Shown: piece after piece, positions 41,901 through 53,582 of the stretch | Layout of the letters: the number at the start of each line of letters is the position of its first letter | How positions within the stretch are numbered: position 1 is the stretch's first letter | Assembly: GCA_964016885.1 (NCBI GenBank) | Contig: OZ024748.1 | Coordinates: 28,830,001-28,894,000 of the forward strand | Reading direction: 5' to 3' | Source of the DNA: Eledone cirrhosa | Lineage: Eukaryota | DNA: 64,000 nucleotides | Notes under the pieces: generated by a model | The model's database searches: none | What the model saw: only the letters and a program-made list of their open reading frames with translations | Told to the model about the DNA's origin: nothing | Made by a program: the position numbers and the translations under genes

Positions 41901-42130
41901 CCTCTCCATCTCACCTCTTGCACGCAGCACACATCCACCTGCCTTCTCTCCAGCATCTCTGCTATTTCAGCAGATTTACCTCTGAGAGTGCCAACATTAA
42001 GTGTTGCAACTCTGAGATGCGATGTCTTCATATTTTGTTGTTGTTCCTATTTGTTGCTGTGCTGATAAGCGTTTTGGCATTGATACACTGGTTGGATGCC
42101 CTTCCTAACACCAGCGCCACTGTACAGCAT
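38975..42130 (-). mobile_element. Near full-length RTE LINE (APE, RT, PHD-like finger), few frameshifts
   Basis: ORFs 41612-42031, 39825-41618, 39512-39838 and 39114-39533 tile one pol; (ATG)n tail. Confidence 0.93.
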
Positions 42131-42573
42131 GGACTGGGTGCTTTTATTTGTGCCACCAGCACTAGAGAGGATGTCTTACTAGACTCAAGGGCCCTCTCTA
42201 CCCCTCCATTTTACAGCATGGTCATAAAAAAAAAATTATTGACACGACGTACACACACACACCAACACTCATGCATACACACCACAACCACACACACGCC
42301 ACTCACATACCAACACTCATTCATGCATGCATACAAACACACACACCACTCACAAACACATATATATATATATATTACCGGCAGTACTGATACAAATACA
42401 AATATATATATTTATATATACATAAATATATATATATATATATATACACATAAATATATATATATAAATATATACATATTTATATATATAAATATATATA
42501 TATATATACCAATGCTCTAACCACTAAGCCATGTGCCTCCATTATATATATATATATATATTTATATATATAA

Positions 42574-42604
<31 letters not shown>

Positions 42605-42606
42605 AT

Positions 42607-42950
42607 GGAGGCACATGGCTTAGCGGTTAGAGCATTGGCCTTGCAATCGAAAGGTTGTGAGTTCAATTCTCAGACCGGGTGATGTGTTGTTTCCTTGAGC
42701 AAGACACTTTATTTCACGTTGCTCCAGTTTACTCAGCTGTAGAAATGAGATGATAGGGACTGAGGTCTTTATCATTCCACTGTAAAGTGGTCGTGCAGGT
42801 GCCATGGCAAAAAAGCACCCAGCACTCACTGTAAATGAGGTTGGTGTTAGGAAGGGCATCCAGCTGTAGAAATCGAGCCAGCATCAGTTCCCGTCCTACC
42901 CTTGCAAGCAGGGAAAAAGTGGACGTAAAATGAAATGATGATGATGATGA
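42607..42950 (+). mobile_element. Composite tRNA-head SINE with RTE tail
   Basis: Reverse complement of 33139-33465. Confidence 0.8.
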
Positions 42951-42984
42951 TATATAAATATATATAACCTGGCTATAAATAAAT

Positions 42985-44214
42985 ATAACCTGGCTAAGAC
43001 CAAAGTTCTAGTTTGTAGGAAAGAAAACAAGGCGGCGGTCCCTTCTGGGAAATGGTCGTGCTCGGTGTGTAGGAAAGGCGTAGGTAGAAACTCCATTTTA
43101 TGTCCTAAATGCAAAATATGGGTGCATAAAAGATGTAGTGGGATCACAGGTAAGCTAACTAAGAACATAGATTTTACATGTGGCCGGTGTTCTGGTGCAA
43201 TAAGTAGCAGCAAGTGCCCACAAAATACTAGCTCTTTCAATTGCGCAGAGGGTTCTATAGAAATAGTGGACAGCTTCCGTTACCTGGGCGATAAAATCAG
43301 CAGTGGGGGAAGGTGCTCTGAAAGTACTGTAGCTAGAGTCAGAACTGGTTGGAAAAAGTTCAGAGAGCTTATACCACTATTAGCTGCTAAAGGGTTCTCC
43401 CTAAAAATGAAAGGCAGGTTGTACGATGCCTGCATACGAACAGCAATGTTGCATGGCAGTGAGACCTGGGCATTGTGTGCAGAGGATATACGCAGACTAG
43501 AGAGGAACGAAGCTTGCATGCTCCGCTGGATGTGTAACAGTAATATACGTGAACGGCAAAGCATAAACGAACTAAGGAAAAAATTAGAGATAAGAGGGAT
43601 CAGATGCTGTTTACTCGAGAGAAGGCTACGTTGGTATGGACACGTGATGCGCATGAAAGTCGATAGCTGTATAACAAAGTGCAGGGCAATAAAGATAGAC
43701 GGTAGCCACGGAATAGGCAGACCTAGAAAAACCTGGGATGAGCTGATAAACTCCGACCTCACACACTTACACCTCTCCAAGACAATGTCACTGGACCGAG
43801 ACCTTTGGCGGTACTCAGTAACAGAGAAGACCCGCCTTGCCAGTAGGCATCTCTAACAAAATACACCCCGTCCCGCCACCACCCCCAGCCCATCCACACC
43901 ACCCCGTTCTATGTAAAGTTATGTTGGTGCCGCGCCATCCAGGCCGAAACAAATGAGATCGTGTAGGTGTCACGACAAAAAAACACACAGTACACGCTGT
44001 AATGTGGCTGTGTAGGCAACACGGTAAAAACCTCCCAGACCCACACTGTAAATGTGGTTGGTGTTAGGAAGGGCATCCAACTGTAGAAAACCTGCCAGAC
44101 AGTCCTATGCGAGCAAGACAATCACTCTTGCCTCAAGTGGGACTACCCCCGTCCAAACCCATGCAAGCGTGGAACACGGACGTTAAACGTTGATGATGAT
44201 GATGATGATGATGA
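42985..44214 (+). mobile_element. RTE LINE 3' fragment with 3' UTR and (ATG)n tail
   Basis: ORF 43065-43856 with PHD-like finger, RLRWYGHVMRM and GRPRKTW. Confidence 0.9.
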
Positions 44215-44402
44215 TATACACAAATATATATATATATATATACACATAAATATATATATATAAATATATACATATTTATATATATAAATATATATATATA
44301 TATAAATATATACATATTTATATATATAAATATATATATATATAAATATATACATATATATATATAAATATATACATATTTATAAATATATAAACATATA
44401 CA

Positions 44403-45513
44403 TAGAATCAAAAGCCCTTAAAATTAACCTGGCTAAGACTAAAGTTCTAGTTTGTAGGAAAGAAAATAAGGCGGCGGTCCCTTCCAGGAAATGGCCATGC
44501 TCAGTGTGTAGGAAAGGCGTAGGTAGAAACTCCATTTTATGTCCCAAATGCAAAGTATGGGTGCATAAAAGATGTAGTGGGATCACAGGTAAGCTAGCTA
44601 AGAACATAGATTTTACATGTGGCCGGTGTTCTGGTGCAATAAGCAGCAGCAAGTGCCCACAAAATACTAGCTCTTTCAATTGCGCAGAGGGTTCTATAGA
44701 AATAGTGGACAGCTTCCGTTACCTGGGTGACAAAATCAGCAGTGGGGGAGGGTGCTCTGAAAGTACAGTAGCTAGAGTCAGAACTGGATGGAAAAAGTTC
44801 AGAGAGCTTATACCACTATTAGCCGCTAAAGGGTTCTCCCTAAAAATGAAAGGCAGGTTATATGATGCCTGCATACGAACAGCAATGCTGCATGGCAGTG
44901 AGACCTGGGCATTGTGTGCAGAGGATATACGCAGACTAGAGAGGAACGAAGCTTGCATGCTCCGCTGGATGTGTAATAGTAATATACGTGAATGGCTAAG
45001 CATAAACGAACTAAGGAAAAAATTAGAAATAAGAGGGATCAGATGTTTACTTGAGAGAAGGCTACGTTGGTATGGTCACGTGATGCGCATGAAAGGCGAC
45101 AGCTGTATAACAAAGTGCAGGGCAATAAAGATAGACGGTAGCCACAGAGTAGGCAGACCCAGAAAAACCTGGGACGACATGATAAATTCCGACCTCACAC
45201 GCTTACACCTCTCCAAGACAATGTCACTGGACCAAAACCTTTGGCGGTACTCAGTAATAGAGAAGACCCGCCTTACCTAAATACAAAGTAAAACCTACTA
45301 CAGTCAGTAGGCATCTCTAACAAAACACACCCCAGTCCCACCACCCCCACTTTCAATGTAAAGTTATGTTGGTGCCACAACATCCAGGCCGAAACAAATG
45401 AGATCGTGTAGGTGTCACGACAAAAAACACACAGTCCACGCTGTAATGTGGCCGTGTAGGCAACACGGTAAAAACCTCCCAGCCCCACACTGTAAATGTG
45501 GTTGGTGTTAGGA
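44403..45513 (+). mobile_element. RTE LINE 3' fragment, tandem sibling of the 42985 copy
   Basis: ORF 44504-45280 is nearly identical to the previous one. Confidence 0.9.
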
Positions 45514-45524
45514 ACCAACCACAT

Positions 45525-45782
45525 TTCAGAAACAAGATGGCGTAGGACAGAACAAAGGAGAGGCACAAAAACAAAGAAAAGAACCCCCAGTCACTGAAGA
45601 GGTCACAGAATGTGTGACGAAAGAACTTTGACAATATATAAACAACCATCTGGTTGTGGAACCAACCAACCAATCAGAAATTTATAAATTCCTAAATTTA
45701 TTATAATAAAATGAAGTGAAAGCAACTGGTACGTGTGTTTCTTATTGGCAACATGACCCTCCCAAAGTATAACAATATTTAT
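45525..45782 (+). mobile_element. Solo Penelope pLTR homologous to 30040-30278
   Basis: Shared ATGGCGTAGGA...CAGTCACTGAAGAGGTCACAG...CATGACCCTCCCAAAGTATAACAATATT. Confidence 0.85.
45590..45632 (+). ncRNA. Minimal hammerhead ribozyme (paralog of 30082)
   Basis: GUCA-CUGAAGA-G-GUCACA(GAAUG)UGUGAC-GAAA-G-AA-C-UU-UGAC. Confidence 0.7.
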
Positions 45783-45944
45783 ATATATATAAATATATAC
45801 ATATATATATAGTTATTTAATAAGCAACATAAGATAATTATTTCATTTACTCCGTAACCTACATAGAGCACTCTTTTTTTCCTGGACCCTTCCGACGGAA
45901 TTACTTCACATATTTATATATATATAAATATATACATAAACTAT

Positions 45945-46900
45945 ATATAAGCAAATGAATGAATGAAGGAATTACAAGCTGTTAAAACAAGTTCTTAATA
46001 TCGCTCTTACACATGTGTCGCCCCGAGGGGCTCTTCGGAGAGATAATTGTTTATATAATGACATTAGTAAGTATAGATGCCGGTGAGAATTTTTACGTCA
46101 ACTTCACATCGCCCTGCATTATAAGCGAAAAAATGTAAACACAATGGCGTTGGTGAAAGGGGCATAATCCACTAAGGGAGGTAATTATACGATGTTAGGC
46201 CGCAAATTACTCTTAAGTTTATTTTTACCTATCCCAGCTAGGGTTTAGTCTAACTCAGTAGGTGATACGCAGTGCTTTGGTAGAAATCCGATGATTGGTT
46301 GATAGTGTCAGACACTGCACTTAGGCAAACCTATTGCAGGTGGACTAAGTTGTGGTGCGATGGGGATAAGATGTTATTCCGGTTCGGGAGACCACCTGTA
46401 GAACGAGTGCTGCAGTCTGTGGCCGCAATTGATAACTGTTTCAGCCTGACTATTAATAAGTTCCTCGAGTGCTTTCACTATATAGTATAATTCCATTAAG
46501 CAGAGCTGGCAATTTTTCCTGAAATTATATGGGGTTGCTTGGTTAACAATTTCCCATTGTGTGGTGTAGCTAATGTTAGATTCAGTTAATTGAGTAATAT
46601 AATTAGCGAGGAAGGTAGAGAATCTTAGTTTCTTATTCCTAAAGGAGTGGAGATGCGATCTAAATCTAGTCTTGAACTCATTAGAAGTGGCGCCTATGTA
46701 TGACCTTGTGTTATTATAACTCGTCACAGTACATTTGTAGATTACATTTCTAATGAAGTATTTATACTTACTGTCATTATATAAACAATTATCTCTCCAA
46801 AGAGCCCCTCTGGGAGAAACATGTGTAAGAGCTATATAAAGAACTCGTTTTAACGGCTTGTAACTCCTTCATTCATTCATTCATTCATTCATTTGCTTAT
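45945..46900 (-). mobile_element. 5'-truncated Penelope-like element (GIY-YIG fragment) with inverted pLTR copies carrying decayed HHRs
   Basis: NVIYKCTV...SYIGATSNEFKTRFRSH and CQLCLME. 45945-46065 and 46770-46900 are inverted repeats. Confidence 0.8.
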
Positions 46901-47277
46901 TCCTGCTCTGCTTAAACTATACGTTAAATATTAACTTCCTCTAATATTTAACTCTCCTCACCCAAGCATTGAGCACACCACGCTTCGGCTATTGGCATTT
47001 AGTATTCTGTATCACACCTCTTTGTACCTCTCTGCTTCCTTCTCTCTTACGATACTTATACCCTATTATTATCATGCTGTTTAGTTCAGCTCAACATGCT
47101 ACTTGCCAACATGTTGGAGAAGCAACCATTACCGTATGTATGTATGTGTGTTTGTGTGTGTATCTGTATATATATATATATATGTATGTGTATGTATATA
47201 TATATATACATTGGTTTAGCCCATAAAATCTATCCAGTGATTCTTTCCTGAGACATTCTAAACACATTCAGAGAATA

Positions 47278-47323
<46 letters not shown>

Positions 47324-47689
47324 CATATTCTCTGAATTGAGAGATCATAGCTCCAATACTATGGGCATGTATTTAAAATGTCTCAGGAAAGAGTCACTGG
47401 GTAGATTTTATGGGCTAAACCAACCTTTTGGAGGCCCAGGGTCAACCCCGAGCAAGATGGTTGGATAACATCCATGAGCTTGACTGGGCTCGCTTGGAGA
47501 TCCAGCTGGATCAGTTAGAGACAAGTTGCATCTGACAGGACCCACTGGAAGGAGTGTTTGAGGACTCTGCTCCAGGAATTTCTCAGGAATAAGTGGGTGA
47601 AAAAAAAGATATATATTATATTATATATCAAGAGGAGAGATTTACCTGGAGAGTTTCTCATTATGCCAAGCCAGTTGTGAGCTTTTTTT

Positions 47690-48710
47690 AAAGTTGGAAA
47701 AGCAAGGCTCTTGACTATGCTTGAAAACTCGGAAGACAAAGTCGTGAGGTTGATCCAGCCCAAGCTTAAGACGGGCAGAAAATGGAAGATCCAGGAGGCA
47801 GTAGTGGTAGCAAAAGAAAGCCATGAGATCAGAGATGTAATGGGACACACTCAGGCCAATAGGCAAGGACTTGGCGTAACAAAAATGGAACTGAGGTGAG
47901 ATCTCATTTTACAGGAGGTGAAGAAAGAAAAGGATTCAAGAAGACTCCGGAAGGCAGTTCAGCAGAGCCAACAGGTCCAGTTGACGACGTAGGAAGGTGC
48001 ACTCCAGAAGTGTCTCAGTTGGAATGACTTGGGGCATATGGCGCCTCTCAGAATCAGTTTTCTTCTTAGATCTTTCTATGATCTCCTGCCCTTGAATACA
48101 AATTTAAAGTGGGGAAAATCAGGTAACTCCAAGTGCCCACTCTGCCAAGGTAAACAGACAGACGGAACATATTCTGAGCTCATGCAGAGTAGCACTAGAC
48201 CAGGGTAGATACACGTGGAAACATAATCAAGTGTTGAAGGAGATTTTACATGTGATAAGTACAGCAAAAGTAAAACCCGTAATATAAGAATCTTCAACAA
48301 CATTCTATATGGCAGGAGGCAGCAAATCATGGCCAGAGCACGGGGATCGAGTCTTCTTGGTGCAAAACAACCAGAAATCATCAGAAAGAGTGGTTTGAGG
48401 CCAGATATCACATTCCGTTCCAGTTCATCAAAACAGCTGATTTTGGTTGAACTTACCATGCCATTTGAAAGTAGATTAGAAGAAGCACACAAATTCAAGA
48501 CCGGAAAATACACCAGTTTGGCCAACAGCCTGGGAGAAGCTGACTTCCAAATCAAAGTTCTCACCATAGAGGTTGGAGACATAGGCTTTCTGCCCTCAAT
48601 CTCATGAAACAACCTTCAGTCTCTGGGAAGACAAGGACTAAAGCCATAAAAGCAATGGAAAGGAGTTCCAGCTAGATCTAGTCGAGGAGGAACAAAAATG
48701 ACCGCCATAC
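47690..48710 (+). mobile_element. RLE-type (Hero/NeSL-like) non-LTR retrotransposon 3' fragment
   Basis: LKTGRKWK, CPLCQG...EHILSSC, RYTWKHNQVL and LRPDI...KQLILVELTMPFE motifs. Confidence 0.75.
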
Positions 48711-49036
48711 TACGTGAGACATTGTGTTTGTATTTAACACACGCTAAGGGAAATAACTGAATTAGTCATGGTTTGTAGTGTTGGCAATTGTACTGTTGAC
48801 GTCTCACCATTAGCATGACTATCAATACGGTTTAAATACACAGCAAATCTCCAATTTCTGAATGGCTAAATGTTAGCAGAAGGGCACACAGGAGTCATGA
48901 CCTGGATGTGGCCCAGCTCCCTTAAGGGCTGCAATACTTACTTGAGCGGGGTTTCTTCTCTGAAGATTTTCTGCTGCCCAACCCTCCTGAGAGTTCCTTA
49001 CCACTATTATATTATATATCAAAAGGAGAGATTTAC

Positions 49037-49176
49037 CTGGAGAGTTTCTCATTCTGCCAAGCCGGTTGTGAGCTGATACATTTCTGTGGTCCATGTCTCT
49101 GCTATGCATCATATTTCGACGGTCAGATTCATGGTACATAATGTAGTCTGAATCTCTTCTAAAATCACTGTCCATT
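49037..49176 (-). CDS. SAFB: SAFB-like exon (MDSDFRRDSDY...RMRNSP)
   Basis: ag/gt boundaries; phase 2 in and 1 out, compatible with both neighbours. Confidence 0.75.
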
Positions 49177-49992
49177 CTAGTCGTGGGCAGATAAAGATAC
49201 ATACAGTAAACTTAAAGGCATAAATATAGCAACAATACACACACACACAACACATATCATGTTTGTGTATAGAAACATGACGGGTCCTCTGTTGGTTTCA
49301 ACGATGAGCATTCATTTGCTCAATCAACTGAATGTCCAGCTTGTGAATTAATGTAAATATGGTTGAATATTCCACAGACAAGCATTTGGACCTCCCGTTG
49401 GTTTCAACAATGAGTGTTCTAGTTGTTTGATCAATGCAACAGCCTGCTTGTAAAATTAATGTGTAAGTGGCAGAGAATTTCAGAGACACATGTACCCTTA
49501 GCATAATTCTCAGGCAGAATCAGTGTTGATTCAATATATGACAAGGTTGACCCTTAGAATTATAGATTCTATGGTGAAGATATTTGCTCTAGAGACCACA
49601 CAGTCAGACTGAACCCCAGCCTGACTGGGAAGTAAACTTCTTAACTACTCAGCCATGTCTGCACCTATACGACATAGTGATAGGCAGCAGATACACAATT
49701 AGATAATGATATACATAGTTAAATAAACAGTTTTGTAGATAGAACCACAATAGCTACATTTAAACCACACTTAAAGGAACCTGTACAATGACTGCTGGTA
49801 GTTAAACTATAACACATACAACTAATAATTGGTAGTGATTAAATTATAACCCATACATCTAATAACCAGTGGCAGTTAAACTACAATCCATACATCTAAT
49901 AACTACAACTCTTACTGTCTGTTCAGGAATTACTCAAGCTTTCTCAATAAATCAATTTATTGAACACAGAAAATCAGTGTGCAAATATTTAC

Positions 49993-50190
49993 CTGTCAAA
50001 TTTATCAGAATTTAAATGCATGTCTAATCTGGAACTGTTGTCAACTGCAGCATTATATCTGTTGTGAAGACATGAATAACTTTCACTAACTCTACCAACA
50101 TCAAAGTGTTCTGATGAGTCAATGGTTTTGCTTTCTCTGCTGTGATAGGGACCGCCTCTTCGACTATATGACTCTTTCAAATCTCTGTAC
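49993..50190 (-). CDS. SAFB: SAFB-like exon (YRDLKESYSRRGG...DKFD)
   Basis: cag/gtaaat boundaries, 198 nt open, phase 2-2. Confidence 0.75.
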
Positions 50191-50533
50191 CTGCTGAATA
50201 GAGGTGGGGCAGTTGGGGTGGAGAGCACGAGTCAGTTAAAAAACAACACAGACAAACAAAAATGCAAAAACAAGCATGGCTGTGTGGTTAAGGAGTTCAC
50301 TTCACAACCATCTATGTTCCTATACTACACTGCCCCCCCCCCTCCATACTACACTGTCTGTCACCCAATCCTACAATGTCTTTCTACTTTAACCCTACAA
50401 TCAAAATATTGACTCAGAAGAGATTGGTCAGCATGAAGCTAGAGTAGAAGATACATACACACACACATTATATATATATATATATATATATATTGAATAC
50501 ACAAGAATCAAAGTTATGTTAAAACATTTATTC

Positions 50534-50578
50534 GCTGACAATTGTTTCTTCCAAACCTAGGCTTGAAGTCTTCAGAGC
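50534..50578 (-). ncRNA. Minimal type I hammerhead ribozyme
   Basis: GCU-CUGAAGA-C-UUCAAGC(CUAG)GUUUGGA-A-GAAA-CAAUUG-UC-AGC. Confidence 0.8.
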
Positions 50579-51005
50579 ATTTTTAATGTTTGTACATATA
50601 ATTGGCCTTCTACTCAACCGAGGAAACATACAGATACATATATATATTGATGTTGTGTACAACAGTTTCATGTTTAGTCTCCTTAATTTAATTATTAGGC
50701 TGCTCTCTTTAATTTAATTATTAGACTGCTCTCTTTAATTTAATTATTAGACTGCTCTCTTTAATTTAATTATTAGACTGCTCTCTTGTATTATCTGCCA
50801 CCATATGCTTTTAATCTTGTTTTTGAATTTAAATTTAATTTTGATTTTAATCTTAATTTGAATTATTGTACAAATATATTATAATATATGTTGCATCAAT
50901 CCCACACTGTAAACATGAAACTGTTGTACACAACATCAATATATATATATATGTATGTTTCCTCGGTTGAGTAGGAGGCCAATTATATGTACAAACATTA
51001 AAAAT

Positions 51006-51050
51006 GCTCTGAAGACTCCAAGCCTAGGTTTGGAAGAAACAATTGTCAGC
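51006..51050 (+). ncRNA. Minimal type I hammerhead ribozyme
   Basis: GCU-CUGAAGA-C-UCCAAGC(CUAG)GUUUGGA-A-GAAA-CAAUUG-UC-AGC. Confidence 0.82.
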
Positions 51051-51372
51051 GAATAAATGTTTGAACATAAATTTGAGTCTTGTGTATTCAATATTACTGC
51101 TCTGTAAAACAAATGATGTCCCTACATTGAGCTGTTTATCTTACTGGTAATAAGGTAGTAATAAATTACTGACCTTCCCTGTTTATAGTTGTTTATAGTA
51201 TAGTATATACATAACTATAAATAGTATCTTTAATATTATATATATATATATATAAATAAAACAAAGAAAGTGTGGTAAGGAACCAGATGGACCATAACGC
51301 ACCAGAGTACTCAATACTTAGGGTAGTAGAGTGGGTAATAGGAAAAAGTTTAACCCCGAGGTTAAACATTTT

Positions 51373-51423
<51 letters not shown>

Positions 51424-51626
51424 GACAGATTTCCATACAGTTTACATTTACCAAATACCAAATTGACTGAAAAGGCAGAGATATAGTGGAGGACACTTAG
51501 CCAAAGTGCTAAACAGTAAGACTGAATCCAAAAACCATGTGGTTCCAAAGCCAGACAGCCATGCCTGGGCCTACAACTACACAGCATTAGGAAGGGCAAA
51601 GAAAGTGAATGCTCTAAATAACATAC

Positions 51627-51782
51627 CTTGATTCAGAGAAAGTAGGGTCGTAGCGAAGGGATAATCTGGAAGCGGTGTCATCCATGCTCTGTTGCTTATT
51701 ATGGTGGTCCCAATATGTTTCACCATGTAAATGGTTACCTTCAAAGAATCGCTTCACAGATCTTTCAGCCCTTTCTTCGTAC
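51627..51782 (-). CDS. SAFB: SAFB-like exon (RYEERAERSVKRFF...YW)
   Basis: Resembles the SAFB LRYEQERRPAVRRPY...YW segment; ag/gtatgt boundaries, phase 2-2. Confidence 0.8.
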
Positions 51783-52217
51783 CTTAAATTAATGATTAAA
51801 AGCATCAGCAGCAGTGGAAGTGGCTATAATTTACATTCTTCTATTTCTAAACAAGGTACAAACAGACGGATACACAAACACACACACAGCCAGACAGAAA
51901 AACAAATAGACACAAACAAACAGACAGATACACAGATAGATAGACAAACACACAAAACCAAACACATACAGACATAAAAACAGAAAGACAGACAACAGGA
52001 AAATAAAGCAGTATCTAATATATAATGATTGGACTGTGGGACTGTGTCAGGGATATTTTTTCTGAACACGTTATTAAAATAAGTTGGATTACTTTCAATA
52101 AATCATGAATATTATGTAATTTCGTACCTCTTGATTAAACATAAATATATAATGTATTGCTTATTTTAAGATTCACTTCTTTCCAGTTAGCGTCCGTTAT
52201 ATCATAACACATACATT

Positions 52218-52397
52218 GGGCAGGTGAATTGGCAGTATCGGTAGAGGGTCGGATGCCATGCTTTCCAGCATAGTTACGTCCCTTTACGGTCTGAGTTCAA
52301 ATCCCATCGAGGTTAACTTTGCCTTTCATCCTTACGGGGTCAATAAAATAAAGTACCAGTAATGGGTAATTGCTGGCCTTGTGCCAAAAGTAGAAAC
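52218..52397 (+). mobile_element. tRNA-derived SINE
   Basis: Same family as the 4898 copy. Confidence 0.8.
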
Positions 52398-52768
52398 AGT
52401 TATATCATAACACATAACCATACGCTATATCACATTGCTTATATAAATGTTCATATATTTGCATCATAAAGTTTATATTTCCGCCACTAATTTTCTCCTC
52501 TTTCGTTTTCATAACATTTCACCGTAATGCAGTTTATATATAATATTGTCTTTTTTAAATGTATCAGATTGCTTTACTGATTACAGAAGAGAGTGGAACA
52601 CAGTCTCTTCAATTTCTGTGCATATTGTCAATTATGATTTTATTTGACATATCATATCTACATGCTTGTATATTTGTGTATAAATATCAATATGCACACT
52701 ATACATGCCAACAGAAAAACACCCGAAGGGTGGTTTTTCTGCCATTAATAATAATAACGATGCCTTAC

Positions 52769-53055
52769 CTAAGTTCCTTTCTGGCTTTTTCAAACTTATA
52801 AGGTTCTCTGTCGTAGCTGATTTCCCTGTTTGGAAGCAGCAGTTGCCTGCGTTCACTCACACGATGGCGGAGGTCTGAGCGGCGATCATGTGAATGAGTG
52901 GGTTGGGGAGGTTTATCAGTGGCAGCATGGCGATGGCTGTATTGATGTGGTCGATAACTATGGTGGAGTGATCGATGAGAGTCAAGATGGTGCCGGTGCT
53001 GTGAACTGGAGCTTGTTCTCGGTATCTCTTTCCTCCTCCTTTCACTTTCCTCAAT
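52769..53055 (-). CDS. SAFB: SAFB-like exon (His/Arg/Ser-rich, ends KFEKARKEL)
   Basis: gtag acceptor and gtaagg donor, open frame, phase 0-2. Confidence 0.7.
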
Positions 53056-53391
53056 CTACAACACACAACATACATGAGATATTAGGAGGAGAATCATAAT
53101 CTACTGGCGGCCTGCCTCAACAAAACTTATTGATTTATATTTGATAAATTATTGCAACAACACAGCAGCGTGAACAACAGTAACAAAATAACAAAGTAAC
53201 AACACATCTATATCCTATGGAGAAATGAGATTTCCCTTTAGAGAAAAGAAAAACTCATTCAAAAGCAACAACAGTAACTGTAATTCTAAGTGAGTACATA
53301 TCAGTTCAAAATGAGATTAACATGAAAGATGAACAGTATAATATAGTCTACTATATCAGATTGTCAGTGCTATAAGGGTTAAAATACATAC

Positions 53392-53582
53392 TACTTTAGT
53401 AGACCAGGGATCCTTAGAGGATTTAACATCACGTGTGATGCGGGGCTTAGCTTTATTCTCTGGTTTCAATTTCATTGAAGTAGGAACCTTCCCCTTCACA
53501 GCAGGTTTCTTCTCAGGATCTGTCTTTAGTGGGCTTTTTTTGACTGCCTTGCTGCATTTTTCCTGGCTATTATGTGGTTTGC
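53392..53582 (-). CDS. SAFB: SAFB-like exon (Lys-rich)
   Basis: tttgtag/gtatgt boundaries, open frame, phase 1-0. Confidence 0.7.

Larger units (their letters stand above)
50491..51092. repeat. ~185-bp inverted repeat (50491-50678 / 50910-51092), each arm carrying an HHR; the spacer has a 27-bp tandem repeat
   Basis: The arms are direct reverse complements with few mismatches. Confidence 0.9.

Noticed and set aside
42607-42680. tRNA-like sequences (here and at SINE heads)
   Set aside because: No complete cloverleaf or acceptor stem, and they continue into SINE bodies.
52826-52860. Apparent GT...AG mini-intron within a SAFB exon
   Set aside because: Only ~35 nt, and the frame reads through openly; treated as exon, although an alternative donor at 52860 is possible.
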